36,743 nt of DNA from Pseudomonadota bacterium (GTDB lineage: Bacteria > Pseudomonadota > Alphaproteobacteria > Rhizobiales > Methyloligellaceae): assembly GCA_046724315.1 (NCBI GenBank), contig JBKOWI010000067.1:1-36743 (forward strand), read 5' to 3'. This document shows, one piece after another, positions 19,141-30,473 of the stretch. Within the stretch, counting starts at the first letter, position 1. The number at the start of each line of letters is the position of its first letter. The notes beneath the pieces are model-generated. The model made no database searches. It was not told where the DNA came from and was given only the letters and a program-made list of their open reading frames with translations. The position numbers were made by a program, and so were the translations under genes.

Positions 19141-20315
19141 GGATCACCCGCGCTGACCGCAGCGTCTTGTCAGATTGGTGGTTCACCGTCGACCGGCTGA
19201 TGTTCTTTGGCCTTCTCCTGCTGATGGGACTTGGCCTCGTTCTCTCATTTGCGGCGAGCCCGCCGATCGCCGCGAAATACGATCTCGAGCCCTTCCACTT
19301 CGTGCGCCGTCACGCGGCCCTGCTCTTGCCTTCCGTAGCCATCATGTTTGCCGCGTCAACACTGACGCCGAAGCAAATCCGCCGCGCGAGCCTCGTCATT
19401 TTCCTAGTCGGGATCGCGCTCATGGCGCTGATCCTCGGGCTTGGGCCTGAGATCAAAGGCGCCAAGCGCTGGCTTCAGATTGGCTTTATTTCGTTGCAGC
19501 CGTCGGAGTTCGTGAAACCTGCCTTCATCGTGCTAACCGCCTGGCTGTTCAATGAAGCTCAGAAGCGACGCGACGTTCCGGGCATCGAGCTTGCTGTTGC
19601 GCTTTACGCTGTGTTCGTCGTGTTGCTCATCATGCAGCCCGATTTCGGCCAGACGCTCCTCGTCACTCTGGTGTGGGGCGCGCTTGTCTACATGGCAGGC
19701 ATCAATCTCATCTGGATGGCGGCGCTCGGCCTGGCCGGGATGGCCGGCGTGGCCTCGGCCTATTTCCTTGCGCCGCACGTCGCCTCGCGCATCGATCGCT
19801 TCCTGAACCCGGCGTCAGGCGACACCTACCAGACCGACCGCTCGATCGATTCCTTCCTACATGGTGGCTGGTTCGGTAGAGGCCCAGGCGAGGGGACAGT
19901 GAAGGACGTGCTTCCGGACTCGCACACCGACTTTATCTACGCCGTGGCTGCTGAGGAGTACGGGCTGATTGCCTGCCTCATTCTGCTTGCGCTCTTCGCC
20001 TTCATCGTGCTGCGTGGTCTGTCGAAGGCCTCGCAAGAGCCTGACGGTTTCATCAGGCATGCCGTGGCTGGCCTCGTCATGCTGTTCGGCCTTCAGGCGT
20101 TGATCAATATGGCGGTGAATGTCGGCCTTCTTCCCGCTAAAGGCATGACGCTGCCCTTTATCTCCTATGGAGGCTCATCGCTGCTCGCCATGGCGTTGAC
20201 CATGGGTTTCGCGTTAGGGCTCACGCGCAAGCGGCCGATGGCGGGTCGTGTCACAGTTAGCGCGCCTGCAGAGCACGAACAGGAGCATGCCGGCATCAAG
20301 GAGCAGCCGGCTTGA
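19137..20315 (+). CDS. ftsW: SEDS peptidoglycan glycosyltransferase FtsW
   Basis: GAKRW, QPSEFVKP, QPDFG, HTDFI and PAKGMTLPFISYGGSS. Confidence 0.97.
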   Translation: MRITRADRSVLSDWWFTVDRLMFFGLLLLMGLGLVLSFAASPPIAAKYDLEPFHFVRRHAALLLPSVAIMFAASTLTPKQIRRASLVIFLVGIALMALILGLGPEIKGAKRWLQIGFISLQPSEFVKPAFIVLTAWLFNEAQKRRDVPGIELAVALYAVFVVLLIMQPDFGQTLLVTLVWGALVYMAGINLIWMAALGLAGMAGVASAYFLAPHVASRIDRFLNPASGDTYQTDRSIDSFLHGGWFGRGPGEGTVKDVLPDSHTDFIYAVAAEEYGLIACLILLALFAFIVLRGLSKASQEPDGFIRHAVAGLVMLFGLQALINMAVNVGLLPAKGMTLPFISYGGSSLLAMALTMGFALGLTRKRPMAGRVTVSAPAEHEQEHAGIKEQPA

Positions 20316-21424
20316 GTGGCCGCTTGATTCTGCTCGCTGCGGGAGGCACTGGCGGGCATCTTTTTCCAGCAGCGGCGCTTGCCGAGGAGCTTGGCCGACG
20401 CGGTTATGACGTCGAGCTTGCCACCGACATCCGCGCCGAGAAATACGGCGTCGAGTTTCCGGCCCGCGCTATTCATCGCATCCCCTCGGCAACGCTCACC
20501 AGCCGCAATCCGCTCGCCGTTACGGCGACCTTTGCGCGGCTTGGCATCGGCTTTCTCGGCGCGAGGCGTTTGCTCCAGCAGATCAAGCCAAGCGCGGTGA
20601 TCGGCTTCGGCGGCTATCCCACGCTGCCGCCAATCATTGCCTCAAGCACGCTAAATATCCCGACCGCGATCCACGAGCAGAACGCGATCATGGGCCGTGC
20701 CAACCGGCTGCTTTCGCGCTTCGTCGACAAGATCGCGCTGTCGTTCAAGCCGACCAAGCTGCTTCGCCCCGACGCCGAGGCCAAAGCGCAGGTGACCGGC
20801 ATTCCGGTACGGGACGCAGTGCTTGCCTACCGCAATTCTGCTTACGTGCCTCCGGCTCCAGGGCAGCGACTCCTCCTTCTCGTCTTCGGCGGAAGCCAAG
20901 GCGCACACTTCTTCTCTGAAGCTTTGCCTGCGGCGCTCAAGCTTTTGGCTGCTGAGATGCGCGAGCGTCTTACAATTGTGCAGCAGGCGCGCGAGGAGGA
21001 TCTCGATGAGTTGCGCGAAGCCTATAAGCAGGCAGGCATTACCGCGCATCTTGCGCCGTTCTTCCGCGACCTGCCGGAGCGCATCGCACAAACCCAACTC
21101 GTCATCGCCCGCGCCGGGGCCTCGACCGTGGCTGAGCTTATGGCGATTGGCCGCCCCTGCCTTCTCGTGCCCCTACCACACGCCCTTGACAACGATCAGC
21201 TTGAAAACGCAACTCGCCTGCAAGAAGGAGGCGGAGGCTGGTGCATCCGGCAGAGCGAGCTAAGCCCTGAGCGCCTCGCCAAGGAGTTGGAACGCCTGTT
21301 CTCCTCGCCTGAGGTCTTGGCAAAGGCCGCGGAAAAGGCGAAAGCCATGGCCGAGACAAAAGCCGTGGCCAAGCTTGGCGATCTTGCCGAGGAGCTTGCC
21401 GAGGCCAAGAGTCAAGTCGAGTAG
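20312..21424 (+). CDS. murG: Lipid II GlcNAc transferase MurG
   Basis: GGTGGHLFP, GFGGY, HEQN, GGSQGA and RAGASTVAE. Confidence 0.97.
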   Translation: MSGRLILLAAGGTGGHLFPAAALAEELGRRGYDVELATDIRAEKYGVEFPARAIHRIPSATLTSRNPLAVTATFARLGIGFLGARRLLQQIKPSAVIGFGGYPTLPPIIASSTLNIPTAIHEQNAIMGRANRLLSRFVDKIALSFKPTKLLRPDAEAKAQVTGIPVRDAVLAYRNSAYVPPAPGQRLLLLVFGGSQGAHFFSEALPAALKLLAAEMRERLTIVQQAREEDLDELREAYKQAGITAHLAPFFRDLPERIAQTQLVIARAGASTVAELMAIGRPCLLVPLPHALDNDQLENATRLQEGGGGWCIRQSELSPERLAKELERLFSSPEVLAKAAEKAKAMAETKAVAKLGDLAEELAEAKSQVE

Positions 21425-21432
21425 GTCGTAAC

Positions 21433-22863
21433 ATGCATCTGCCTCCGCCCGATAAAACGGGTCTGTTCCACATCGTGGGGATCGGCGGCATCGGCATGAG
21501 CGCGATCGCCGAGGTGATGCATACCCGCGGCTACCGCGTGCAGGGGAGCGACCTCAAGGACGGCGCCAATCTCGAGCGCCTGCGCGCGCACGGCATCACC
21601 TGTCTGATCGGCCACGACCCCGGCAACATCAAGGATGCCACCTATCTCGTCATTTCGAGTGCGGTGAAGCCCGGCAATCCCGAGTTCGAGGCGGCCAAGG
21701 AACGCGGCATCCCGATCATTCGCCGCGCCGAGATGCTGGCCGAGCTGATGCGCCCTTGCGCCACCGTGTCGATCACCGGCACCCATGGCAAGACCACGAC
21801 GACGTCGCTCATCGCCGATCTGCTGAAAGCCGGGAATCTTGATCCGACGGTGATCACTGGCGGCATTATCAATGCCTGGGGCACCAATGCCCGCATCGGC
21901 AAGGGCGAGTGGATGGTGGTCGAGGCCGACGAGTCTGACGGCACGTTCATCAAGCTACCCACTCAGATCGGCGTGGTGACCAATATCGACCCCGAGCACA
22001 TGGATTACTGGCCGTCGCTCGATGCACTGCATGCGGCCTTTCGCCAATTCATCGATGGCATTCCATTCTACGGCCTCGCTGTCGCCTGCATCGATCATCC
22101 GGTGGTGCGCGAGCTTCTCGCCAAGCTCGGCGGTGCCGCCAATGGACGCCGCACCCTAACCTATGGCGTTGCGCGCGATGCCGATATCAGGCTCAGCAAT
22201 GTGCGCCCCGACCACAATACCATCACCTTCGATGCCGACCTTGGTCCGGCAGTGAAAGGCGGCACGCGCAAACTCGAAGACCTCATGCTTCCCGTGCTCG
22301 GTCATTACAATGCGCTGAACGCGCTCGCCGCGCTCGCCGCGGCAACCGAGGCTGGAGTGAGCGACGATGTGATCCGCAAGGCGCTCGCCAAATTCTCCGG
22401 CGTGAAGCGGCGCTTCAGCCGCGCCGGCGAATGGAAGGGCGTGGCCGTCTATGACGACTACGCGCACCATCCAGTGGAAATCGCATCGGTGCTGCGCGCC
22501 GCGCGCATGGCCAGCAACAATGGGCGGATCATCGCCGTGATGCAGCCGCATCGCTACACACGCCTCCAATCCCTGTTCAACGAGTTCTCGGCCTGCCTCG
22601 ACGATGCGGACATCGTCGTGGTGACGCCGGTCTATTCGGCTGGCGAGGCGCCGATCCCGGGCATCGACCGCGACGAGCTCGCCTCAGGCTTGCGTCGCCA
22701 CGGCCATCCCCATGTGCTGACCGTCGATGACGAAGACACTTTGGTCGAGACGGTGGCCTCCGTTGCGAAGAAGGGTGACCTCGTGGTCGGGCTTGGGGCC
22801 GGCACCATTACCGACTGGATGAATGCGTTGCCGAGGCGGCTTGAGACGCGGAGCGGGGCATGA
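21433..22863 (+). CDS. murC: UDP-MurNAc:L-Ala ligase MurC
   Basis: [29 protein letters not shown] and DDYAHHP. Confidence 0.98.
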   Translation: MHLPPPDKTGLFHIVGIGGIGMSAIAEVMHTRGYRVQGSDLKDGANLERLRAHGITCLIGHDPGNIKDATYLVISSAVKPGNPEFEAAKERGIPIIRRAEMLAELMRPCATVSITGTHGKTTTTSLIADLLKAGNLDPTVITGGIINAWGTNARIGKGEWMVVEADESDGTFIKLPTQIGVVTNIDPEHMDYWPSLDALHAAFRQFIDGIPFYGLAVACIDHPVVRELLAKLGGAANGRRTLTYGVARDADIRLSNVRPDHNTITFDADLGPAVKGGTRKLEDLMLPVLGHYNALNALAALAAATEAGVSDDVIRKALAKFSGVKRRFSRAGEWKGVAVYDDYAHHPVEIASVLRAARMASNNGRIIAVMQPHRYTRLQSLFNEFSACLDDADIVVVTPVYSAGEAPIPGIDRDELASGLRRHGHPHVLTVDDEDTLVETVASVAKKGDLVVGLGAGTITDWMNALPRRLETRSGA

Positions 22864-23780
22864 ACGGCGAGGCTGTCATCACTAAGCTCACCGCGAGCCT
22901 GCCGGAGCTGCGTGGTAAATTGAAAGCCGACGCTGCTCTATCCGAACTCACCTGGTTCAGGGCCGGCGGCCCCGCCGAAGTCCTCTATTCACCCGCCGAC
23001 GAAGCCGACCTCGCCTATTTCCTGCGCCAAACTCCTACCGACATTCCGGTCACCGTGATCGGCCTCGGCTCGAACCTACTGGTGCGCGACGGCGGCATCG
23101 AGGGCGTGGTCATTCGCCTTGGGCGAGGGTTCAGTGACATTAAGGTTGAGGAAGGCCATCGCCTCCGCGCCGGCGCGGCGGTGCCCGACGTGAAGGTGGC
23201 CCGTGCTGCGGCGGACGCCGGCATCGCCGGCCTCTGTTTCTATCGCGGCATTCCCGGCTGCGTCGGGGGGGCGCTGCGCATGAACGGCGGCGCGCATGGC
23301 CGCGAGACCTGCGAGGTCGTGATCGAAGCGCGCGCCGTCGATCGCAAGGGCCAGCTCCACGTGCTGCCTGTGGCGAACCTACATTACGAATACCGGCATT
23401 GCGGCGCGCCGGAGGACTTGATCTTCACCGGGGCTCTCTTTCAGGGAGAGCCTGGAGAGCCAGATAAGATTCTCGCCGAGATGGATGGCATCGCCGCCTA
23501 TCGCGAGCAGGCGCAGCCGATCAAGAGCCGGACCGGCGGCTCGACCTTCAAGAACCCGCCAGGGCACAAGGCGTGGCAGCTCATCGACGCCGCCGGCTGC
23601 CGCGGACTTTCGGTCGGAGACGCCAAAGTCTCTGAGATGCACTGCAACTTCCTCATAAATGAAGGGAAGGCGAGCGGGGCCGATCTCGAGAAGCTTGGCG
23701 AAACCGTGCGGACTCGGGTGAAGGAAAATAGCGGTGTCGAACTCGAATGGGAGATCAAGCGCCTCGGAGTCCCGCGCTGA
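22860..23780 (+). CDS. murB: UDP-N-acetylenolpyruvoylglucosamine reductase MurB
   Basis: [32 protein letters not shown] and HCNF. Confidence 0.97.
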   Translation: MNGEAVITKLTASLPELRGKLKADAALSELTWFRAGGPAEVLYSPADEADLAYFLRQTPTDIPVTVIGLGSNLLVRDGGIEGVVIRLGRGFSDIKVEEGHRLRAGAAVPDVKVARAAADAGIAGLCFYRGIPGCVGGALRMNGGAHGRETCEVVIEARAVDRKGQLHVLPVANLHYEYRHCGAPEDLIFTGALFQGEPGEPDKILAEMDGIAAYREQAQPIKSRTGGSTFKNPPGHKAWQLIDAAGCRGLSVGDAKVSEMHCNFLINEGKASGADLEKLGETVRTRVKENSGVELEWEIKRLGVPR

Positions 23781-23796
23781 TCTCGCCACTTGTCCG

Positions 23797-23875
23797 GTGT
23801 CATTGGCCGCGAAAGCGGGTAATCAGTAACGCCTTCGGGTGATTACCGGGTCGCCATCAATCTGGGCGAAGACAC
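23797..23875. repeat. Degenerate REP-like dimer between murB and ddl
   Basis: GTGTCATT...AAGACAC inverted ends and CCGCGAAAGCGG hairpin. Same layout as the 1605 element. Confidence 0.6.
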
Positions 23876-23918
23876 TCTGTCTCGCATTTTTCAGCTATCC
23901 CGAATAGCGGGGGGACGC

Positions 23919-24854
23919 ATGACCAAGCACCAGATTCACGTCGCCGTTCTGATGGGCGGGTGGTCGTCAGAGCGCGAGGTGTCGTTACGCTCCGGCGCGG
24001 CCTGCGCCGATGCGCTCGAAGGGCTGGGCTACCGCGTGACCAGGCTCGATGTCGCCCGCGACGTCGCCGAGCGACTTGCCGAGGTGAAGCCGGACGTCTG
24101 CTTCAACGCGCTGCACGGCCGCTATGGCGAGGACGGCTGCATCCAGGGCCTGCTTGAGATGCTCGACATTCCCTATACCCATTCCGGCGTGCTCGCCTCC
24201 GCGCTCGCCATGCACAAGGAGCGCGCCAAGGCCGTGCTTGCCGCCGCTGGTGTGCCGGTCGCCGAAAGTCTGGTGCTCTCGCGCACCGAGGCAGCTAAGG
24301 CCCACGCCATGAAGCCCCCTTATGTGATCAAGCCGCCGACGGAAGGGTCGAGTGTCGGCGTGTTCATCGTGCGCGAGGACCAGCGCCACCCGCCGCAGGA
24401 GCTGACAAGCGCCGAATGGACGCTTGGCGAGGAGGTGATGGTCGAGCGCTATATTGCCGGAAGGGAGCTCACCTGCGCGATTATGGGCGATGAGGCCCTG
24501 GGAGTGATCGAAATCCGCCCCGCCGAGGGGCTCGCCTTCTACGATTATGACGCAAAATATGCCCCGGGAGGTTCAATTCACGTCCTCCCGGCCCCGCTTA
24601 AACCAAATGTTTACCAATTGGTACAGAAGCTGTCCCTAGCGGCTCATAGGGCACTGGGCTGCCGTGGGGTCAGTCGCTCCGACTTTCGCTACGACGACCG
24701 GCCAGAGGGCACGGGGGAATTGATCTGCCTCGAGGTCAACACCCAGCCCGGAATGACAGGGACGTCGCTCGTGCCCGAGCTCGCTGCTCATAGCGGCCGT
24801 TCATTCGGCGAGCTGGTCAAATGGATCGTGGAGGACGCGTCGTGCAATCGCTGA
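23919..24854 (+). CDS. ddl: D-alanine--D-alanine ligase
   Basis: [33 protein letters not shown] and EVNTQPGMT. Confidence 0.98.
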   Translation: MTKHQIHVAVLMGGWSSEREVSLRSGAACADALEGLGYRVTRLDVARDVAERLAEVKPDVCFNALHGRYGEDGCIQGLLEMLDIPYTHSGVLASALAMHKERAKAVLAAAGVPVAESLVLSRTEAAKAHAMKPPYVIKPPTEGSSVGVFIVREDQRHPPQELTSAEWTLGEEVMVERYIAGRELTCAIMGDEALGVIEIRPAEGLAFYDYDAKYAPGGSIHVLPAPLKPNVYQLVQKLSLAAHRALGCRGVSRSDFRYDDRPEGTGELICLEVNTQPGMTGTSLVPELAAHSGRSFGELVKWIVEDASCNR

Positions 24855-25840
24855 ACCCCGAAAGGGGACAGATCAGGAGACGGGGATCGCAGGATGCCCT
24901 TCTTGCGCGTGGCATTGCCGTGCCCCGCGGCTCGCGACGCGTGCCTGCGCTGACGGGCGTCCGCTCCGTCTTGAGACGGAGTCCCAAAGCCGTGCGGCTC
25001 GGCAAGCTCGGTCCCGATCGCATGCGCGGCAAATGGCTCGTGCTTTGCATGCTTTTTCTCGCGACCGCCGTCGCCTATGGCGCCTGGATCGGTGGCCAGA
25101 CTTCGAAAATCATTGGCCTGTTTACTGGCGGAATCGGGCATCTCGCCGTCGCCGCAGGGTTCGGTGTGCAGCGGGTCACTGTGGAAGGCCAGCTGCACGC
25201 AACCGATGCCGACATTACTGCGGCGCTTAAGGCGGGCCCCGACACCATACTCCTCGGCTTCGACACCGATGCGGCCAAAGCGCGGCTCGAGGCGGTTCCA
25301 TGGATTAGACACGCGCAAGTGATGCGCTTCCTTCCCTCGACGCTTCAGGTCGCAATCGAGGAGCGCACGCCCTATGCCGTATGGCAGAAAGACGGGCAGA
25401 CCTATGTGGTCGACGATGAGGGAGTGGTGCTCGCCCGCGCGCTTCGCGACGCCTATCCCGATCTTCCGCTTGTCGTGGGCGAGGGCGCCGGCAAGAGCGC
25501 GTCCCAGCTCTTTGCTGTTCTCGTCCGCTATCCTGAGCTGAAAGAAAGGATGTTGGGCGCGATCAAGGTCGGCGACCGGCGCTGGACGCTGAAGCTCAAA
25601 TCCGGGGTCGAGGTCATGCTGCCAGACGACAACGTCGACGAGGCACTCACCTCGCTCAACAAGCTGGAGCAGGAGCACGGCGTGCTTGAGCGCGATATCG
25701 CCGCAGTTGATTTGCGCCTGCTCGATCGCGTCACGGTCCGGCTGCATGAGACGGCATCGGTCTCGCCAGGTGACGCAGCCGCGCCGCAAGAGCTACCGAC
25801 AGCGAGCACAAAGGGGACTAAGGCCAAAGGCAAGACTTGA
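24842..25840 (+). CDS. ftsQ: Cell division protein FtsQ
   Basis: TM helix, POTRA region ([23 protein letters not shown]), RRW and VDLR. GTG start inferred. Confidence 0.93.
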   Translation: MQSLNPERGQIRRRGSQDALLARGIAVPRGSRRVPALTGVRSVLRRSPKAVRLGKLGPDRMRGKWLVLCMLFLATAVAYGAWIGGQTSKIIGLFTGGIGHLAVAAGFGVQRVTVEGQLHATDADITAALKAGPDTILLGFDTDAAKARLEAVPWIRHAQVMRFLPSTLQVAIEERTPYAVWQKDGQTYVVDDEGVVLARALRDAYPDLPLVVGEGAGKSASQLFAVLVRYPELKERMLGAIKVGDRRWTLKLKSGVEVMLPDDNVDEALTSLNKLEQEHGVLERDIAAVDLRLLDRVTVRLHETASVSPGDAAAPQELPTASTKGTKAKGKT

Positions 25841-25865
25841 GTCGAAATTCGAGGGAACAGGGGGA

Positions 25866-27161
25866 ATGGTCTACACGACGACGATCAGGAGCAAGCGCCA
25901 GCGCATCGTGACCGCGCTTGATATCGGCACGAGCAAGATCTGCTGCCTGATCGCCAAGACCTGTCCCGCGCCCGATTGGTTCGAGGGCAAAGGCGAAGCT
26001 GTGCAATTCGAGGTGCTCGGCTTCGACCACACCCGCGCCGAGGGGTTGAAAGCCGGCATGGTCACGCATCTCGACAGCGCCGAGGCGTGCATCCGCTCGG
26101 CGGTGGACGCGGCCGAGCGCATGGCCGGTGTTACCGTCGAAGCCGTGCATGTGGGCGTCACCTGCGGACGGCTCAGGAGCGAGAGCTTCTCGGCAAGCGT
26201 GGCGCTGCCATCAGGCGCCGTGCGCGATGACGATATTTTGAGATTGCTCGCAGGCGGGCGCCAATATGCCGCGCGCGATAAGCGAAGTGTGCTGCACGCG
26301 CTGCCGACCAGCTACCGCATCGATGAGAATGGCGGGATCAGCGAGCCGCAAGGCATGTGCGGCGAGCGGCTGTCAGTCGATCTTCACGCCGTCACCGCCG
26401 ACGATGTGGCGATGCGCAACATCATGCTCTGCGTCGAGCGCTGCCATCTCGGGGTGGCAAGCCTGGTCGCCGCGCCCTACGCGAGCGCGCTTTCGGTGAT
26501 TACACCAGACGAAGCGAAATTCGGCGTGGCCTGCCTCGATTTCGGCGCCGGCACCACCACACTCTCGGTATTCGCCGACGGGCATTTCATCCATGCCGAT
26601 GGCATTGCGCTTGGCGGCAACGCCATCACCACCGATATCGCCCGAACACTCGGCGCGCCCATCGAGCACGCCGAGCGGCTCAAGACCCTGCACGGCAGCG
26701 CCTTCGCCACGATTTCCGACGAGCGAGAGATCATCACCTATCCTGCCGTCACCGGCGTGCCGCAGCCGAGCTTAAATCAGATTACCAAGGCGCAGCTTGC
26801 GCTCATCATCCGACCGCGCATCGAGGAGATTCTCGATCTGATGCGGCGCCGGCTTGCTGCAAGCGGTGTCGCGTCCGAGGCGACGCAGCACCTCGTGTTG
26901 ACTGGCGGCGCGAGCCAGCTCACTGGCCTTGCCGAGCTTGCCACCAATATGTTCGGGCGTCCTGCGCGGCTCGGCCGGCCGAGATCGTTGAGCGGGTTGC
27001 CTGCCGTGGCGGCCGCGCCCGATTTCGCCGCTTCAGTCGGCCTGCTGCTGCAATGGGAGCGCGGCGACGACAGACTTTCAGGACGTGCAGAGCAGCGGTT
27101 CTTGCGTACGGGTACCGGGTATTTCGCCAGGGTTGGCGAGTGGATCAGAGACAACTTCTAA
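25866..27161 (+). CDS. ftsA: Cell division protein FtsA
   Basis: [20 protein letters not shown] and LTGGASQL, with an amphipathic C-terminus ([12 protein letters not shown]). Confidence 0.96.
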   Translation: MVYTTTIRSKRQRIVTALDIGTSKICCLIAKTCPAPDWFEGKGEAVQFEVLGFDHTRAEGLKAGMVTHLDSAEACIRSAVDAAERMAGVTVEAVHVGVTCGRLRSESFSASVALPSGAVRDDDILRLLAGGRQYAARDKRSVLHALPTSYRIDENGGISEPQGMCGERLSVDLHAVTADDVAMRNIMLCVERCHLGVASLVAAPYASALSVITPDEAKFGVACLDFGAGTTTLSVFADGHFIHADGIALGGNAITTDIARTLGAPIEHAERLKTLHGSAFATISDEREIITYPAVTGVPQPSLNQITKAQLALIIRPRIEEILDLMRRRLAASGVASEATQHLVLTGGASQLTGLAELATNMFGRPARLGRPRSLSGLPAVAAAPDFAASVGLLLQWERGDDRLSGRAEQRFLRTGTGYFARVGEWIRDNF

Positions 27162-27255
27162 AGGACCAAAGGTTCTGAAGGACCAAGGTTCCATAGCGCA
27201 GCACGCGCCGACGGAGCCGAAGCAAGGGCAATTCGCTAAGGATCGGATGACCGCC

Positions 27256-29010
27256 ATGACCATCAACCTCAGAGTTCCAGATTTGACCGAACTCAAACCG
27301 CGCATCACCGTGTTCGGTGTCGGCGGGGCGGGCGGCAATGCCGTCAACAACATGATCGAGTGCGGTCTCAAGGGCGTCGAGTTCGTCGTCGCCAACACCG
27401 ACGCTCAAGCATTAGCGAGCTCGCAGTGCGAGCGGCGCATCCAGATGGGCGCCAACGTCACGGAAGGCCTTGGCGCAGGCTCCAAGCCGGAAGTTGGCGC
27501 TGCTGCCGCCGAGGAGGCGATGGCCGATATCAAGGCTCATCTCGTCGGCTGCCACATGGTGTTCATTACCGCCGGGATGGGTGGTGGAACCGGCACCGGC
27601 GCAGCTTCGGTGATCGCGCGCGCCGCGCGCGAGGAGGGTATCCTCACCGTCGGCGTGGTCACCAAGCCATTCCAGTTCGAAGGCACGCGGCGCCTGCGCG
27701 CCGCCGAAGTCGGCATCGACGAGCTACAGAAATATGTCGACACCCTGCTGATCATTCCCAATCAGAATCTGTTCCGCGTCGCCAACGAGAAGACCACCTT
27801 CACCGACGCCTTCGCCATGGCCGACGACGTGTTGCGCGCCGGTGTTTCCTGCATCACCGATCTGATGGTCAAGGAGGGCCTGATCAATCTCGACTTCGCC
27901 GACGTCCGCACCATCATGGCCGGCATGGGCAAGGCGATGATGGGTACCGGCGAATCAAGCGGTGAGCGCCGCGCTATCGAGGCGGCCGAAGCTGCGATCT
28001 CCAATCCGCTGCTCGACGACGTGTGCATGAAGGGCGCGAGCGGACTGCTTGTGTCCATCACCGGCGGCAACGATCTCACCCTTTATGAGGTCGACGAGGC
28101 GGCGAGCCGGGTCAGGGCAGAGGCCGATCCCGATGCAAACATCATCGTCGGCGCGACCTTCGACAACGAGCTCGACGGCTCGATCAGGGTCTCGGTGGTG
28201 GCGACCGGCATTGGTCTTGCCAGCACTCAGTCGACGCGGCCGGTGCTGGACGCTCCGAAGCCCGCCGTCTTGCAAGAGAGGAGCAGACTGACCGAGCGGC
28301 TTGCCGGCCTTGCGACGCTTCCCGGTCCAGTCGATCTCGACGAGCCGAGCCTCGTGCTCGGCCAGAACGACGTCGTGAAGGAGCCGTCGGTGTGGCGCGC
28401 TCCCGGCAACGTGGTGATCGAGAAGCGTCCGGCACAGGTGACGGGCATGACCTTCCCGCATGCTGCGGCCCCCAAGTCTGCGGCGCCTCAGGCGGGATCC
28501 TTCCAGCCTGCACCACCGGCGGCGATCAGGCGGCCCGTGCGGCGCATGCCGAATAAGGATGAACTGCCGATCACGGCGCAGAACGAGATCAACGCGCAGT
28601 CAGGCCAGGCTCCTGTGCAAGGACTTGCTGCGCAGAAAAAGAAAGTGGGCTTCCTCGAGCGGCTCGCCAATGTTGGCCGTCACCGCAAGGAATCCGACGC
28701 TGAGATGCCGGCCAAGCTCGAGCCTGAGTTCGGCCAGCCGAGGCTTGCCCCAGTTCCGGAAATCTCCAAGCCTCAGCCGCAAGCTCAGCCTCAGCCTCAG
28801 GCCCAAACTCAGGCAAGGCCTCTAGCTCAAGCGGCAGCGCCGAGAGCCATCAGGATCGAACGGCCGCGCAGCGAGATGGCGCCTCCTGTCCCAAAACGGA
28901 TCGAAGCGCAGCCCAAGATTCCGATCGCCGAAGTTGCTGCAGCGCCGGCCGAATCACCGGCGGGCGACGATCTCGAGATTCCCGCCTTTCTGCGCCGACG
29001 GGCAAATTGA
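27256..29010 (+). CDS. ftsZ: Cell division GTPase FtsZ with long alphaproteobacterial linker
   Basis: [26 protein letters not shown] and C-terminal [10 protein letters not shown]. Start at 27256 (or 27247). Confidence 0.98.
   Translation: MTINLRVPDLTELKPRITVFGVGGAGGNAVNNMIECGLKGVEFVVANTDAQALASSQCERRIQMGANVTEGLGAGSKPEVGAAAAEEAMADIKAHLVGCHMVFITAGMGGGTGTGAASVIARAAREEGILTVGVVTKPFQFEGTRRLRAAEVGIDELQKYVDTLLIIPNQNLFRVANEKTTFTDAFAMADDVLRAGVSCITDLMVKEGLINLDFADVRTIMAGMGKAMMGTGESSGERRAIEAAEAAISNPLLDDVCMKGASGLLVSITGGNDLTLYEVDEAASRVRAEADPDANIIVGATFDNELDGSIRVSVVATGIGLASTQSTRPVLDAPKPAVLQERSRLTERLAGLATLPGPVDLDEPSLVLGQNDVVKEPSVWRAPGNVVIEKRPAQVTGMTFPHAAAPKSAAPQAGSFQPAPPAAIRRPVRRMPNKDELPITAQNEINAQSGQAPVQGLAAQKKKVGFLERLANVGRHRKESDAEMPAKLEPEFGQPRLAPVPEISKPQPQAQPQPQAQTQARPLAQAAAPRAIRIERPRSEMAPPVPKRIEAQPKIPIAEVAAAPAESPAGDDLEIPAFLRRRAN
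28771..28812 (+). repeat. Short degenerate (C/G)CTCAG tandem repeat encoding [14 protein letters not shown] in the FtsZ linker
   Basis: cctcag ccgcaa gctcag cctcag cctcag gcccaa actcag. Confidence 0.7.
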
Positions 29011-29312
29011 GGTTAACGCAAGCGCGTAACGAAACCGCTCAAAGGATGATTAACGGGCCGAGAAAGACTTTGCAGAACAATGGCGTATGCGATCATGGCC
29101 ACGGTAATACAGTGAAAGAAACCGTGATTTGTCGCCTCCCGGTGTGAGCGTTAAGGTTTCCTCAGATTGAACGGCACGACCAGGACCAAAAAAGGCACAA
29201 ACAAGCCGGGGGCGGCTCAAGTGCCAGGGAGAGCCGGTCAATTGGGGGGCTCGGGGTTCTACCCGAGCTAAGTAGGGAACTCAAAAATACGGCGTGGGGG
29301 CCGACGGGGGCC

Positions 29313-30263
29313 ATGAGGGGATTTATAGGGGCACGGCAAACCACTCTTGCCGGCGAAATCTCACTAACCGGAACGGGCGTACATAGCGGGGCACCAGTCT
29401 CGATCACGCTTTGTCCTGCAGACGGCGACACCGGCTTACGCTTTCTTCTCGCCAATGGTCACTCCGACGGCACCGAGATCGCTGCCGATCAGCGCTGGGT
29501 GACCGGCGTCACACTCTGCACCATACTCGGTGACGGCAATGGCGCCTCTGTCGCGACGGTCGAGCACCTGCTTGCGGCCCTGCGTGGGCTTGGCATCGAC
29601 AACGCGATCATCGAGATCGACAGCTCCGAAGTTCCGATCATGGACGGCAGTGCGTCACGCTTCGTCGAGGCGATCGATGAGGTCGGTCTTGCCGAGCTCG
29701 AGACGCCGCGCCGCTACCTCAAGGTCTTGAAGAAGATCGCGGTGGAAGACGCCGGTGCCTATGGTGAGCTTACTCCGCACAACGGTTTCCACCTCGATGT
29801 CGAGATCGATTTCGACACGCCGCTGATCGGCAATCAGAAGATCGAGATCGACGTGAACCCGGGCTCCTTCCGCCGCGAACTGGCACGCGCGCGCACCTTC
29901 GGCTTCATGAAGGATGTGGAGCGCCTGTGGGCCGCCGGCCTTGCGCTCGGCGCCTCGCTCGAAAACACCGTCGCAATCGGCGACGACCGCATCATCAACC
30001 GCGAAGGTTTGCGTTTCTCCGACGAGTTCGTGCGCCACAAGGCGCTCGACGCGGTCGGCGACCTTGCGCTTGCCGGCGCGCCGATCCTGGGAGCCTATCA
30101 CTCGAAGCGCGGCGGCCACCGGCTGAACGCGCTGGTGCTCAAGGCGTTGTTTTCTGACGCCGACGCTTGGACCATGATCGAAGCCCCGCGTTATCGCGAG
30201 GTTCGTCATGCCGAGCTCAGCCACCGTCTTGCGGCAGCGAATTTCGCCGCCGAGCGGAGCTGA
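29313..30263 (+). CDS. lpxC: UDP-3-O-acyl-GlcNAc deacetylase LpxC
   Basis: GTGVHSG, TVEHLLAAL, PIMDGS, ARARTFG, HKALDAVGDL and GGH. Confidence 0.97.
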   Translation: MRGFIGARQTTLAGEISLTGTGVHSGAPVSITLCPADGDTGLRFLLANGHSDGTEIAADQRWVTGVTLCTILGDGNGASVATVEHLLAALRGLGIDNAIIEIDSSEVPIMDGSASRFVEAIDEVGLAELETPRRYLKVLKKIAVEDAGAYGELTPHNGFHLDVEIDFDTPLIGNQKIEIDVNPGSFRRELARARTFGFMKDVERLWAAGLALGASLENTVAIGDDRIINREGLRFSDEFVRHKALDAVGDLALAGAPILGAYHSKRGGHRLNALVLKALFSDADAWTMIEAPRYREVRHAELSHRLAAANFAAERS

Positions 30264-30473
30264 TAGGGCCATCGCGCGAATCGGCAGTCATCCTTCTGGC
30301 ATGGTTTTGCGCGTTTTGCGCCGCGAAGCGTGTTGCGCCGGGGCTTTCGCCTCAGCCTTTAACGGGCAAAAAAACACCATAATCCGCTAGTTGGTTGGCT
30401 TCAGGCTTCGCTAGCTCTACCGGGCACGCATGATGTCGCGTGGGGCGAGCCCGGCCCGTAGGGGGGACCGATC

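Noticed and set aside
29012-29155. CtrA boxes downstream of ftsZ
   Set aside because: Only TTAA(C) half-sites, and the spacing does not fit TTAA-N7-TTAA.
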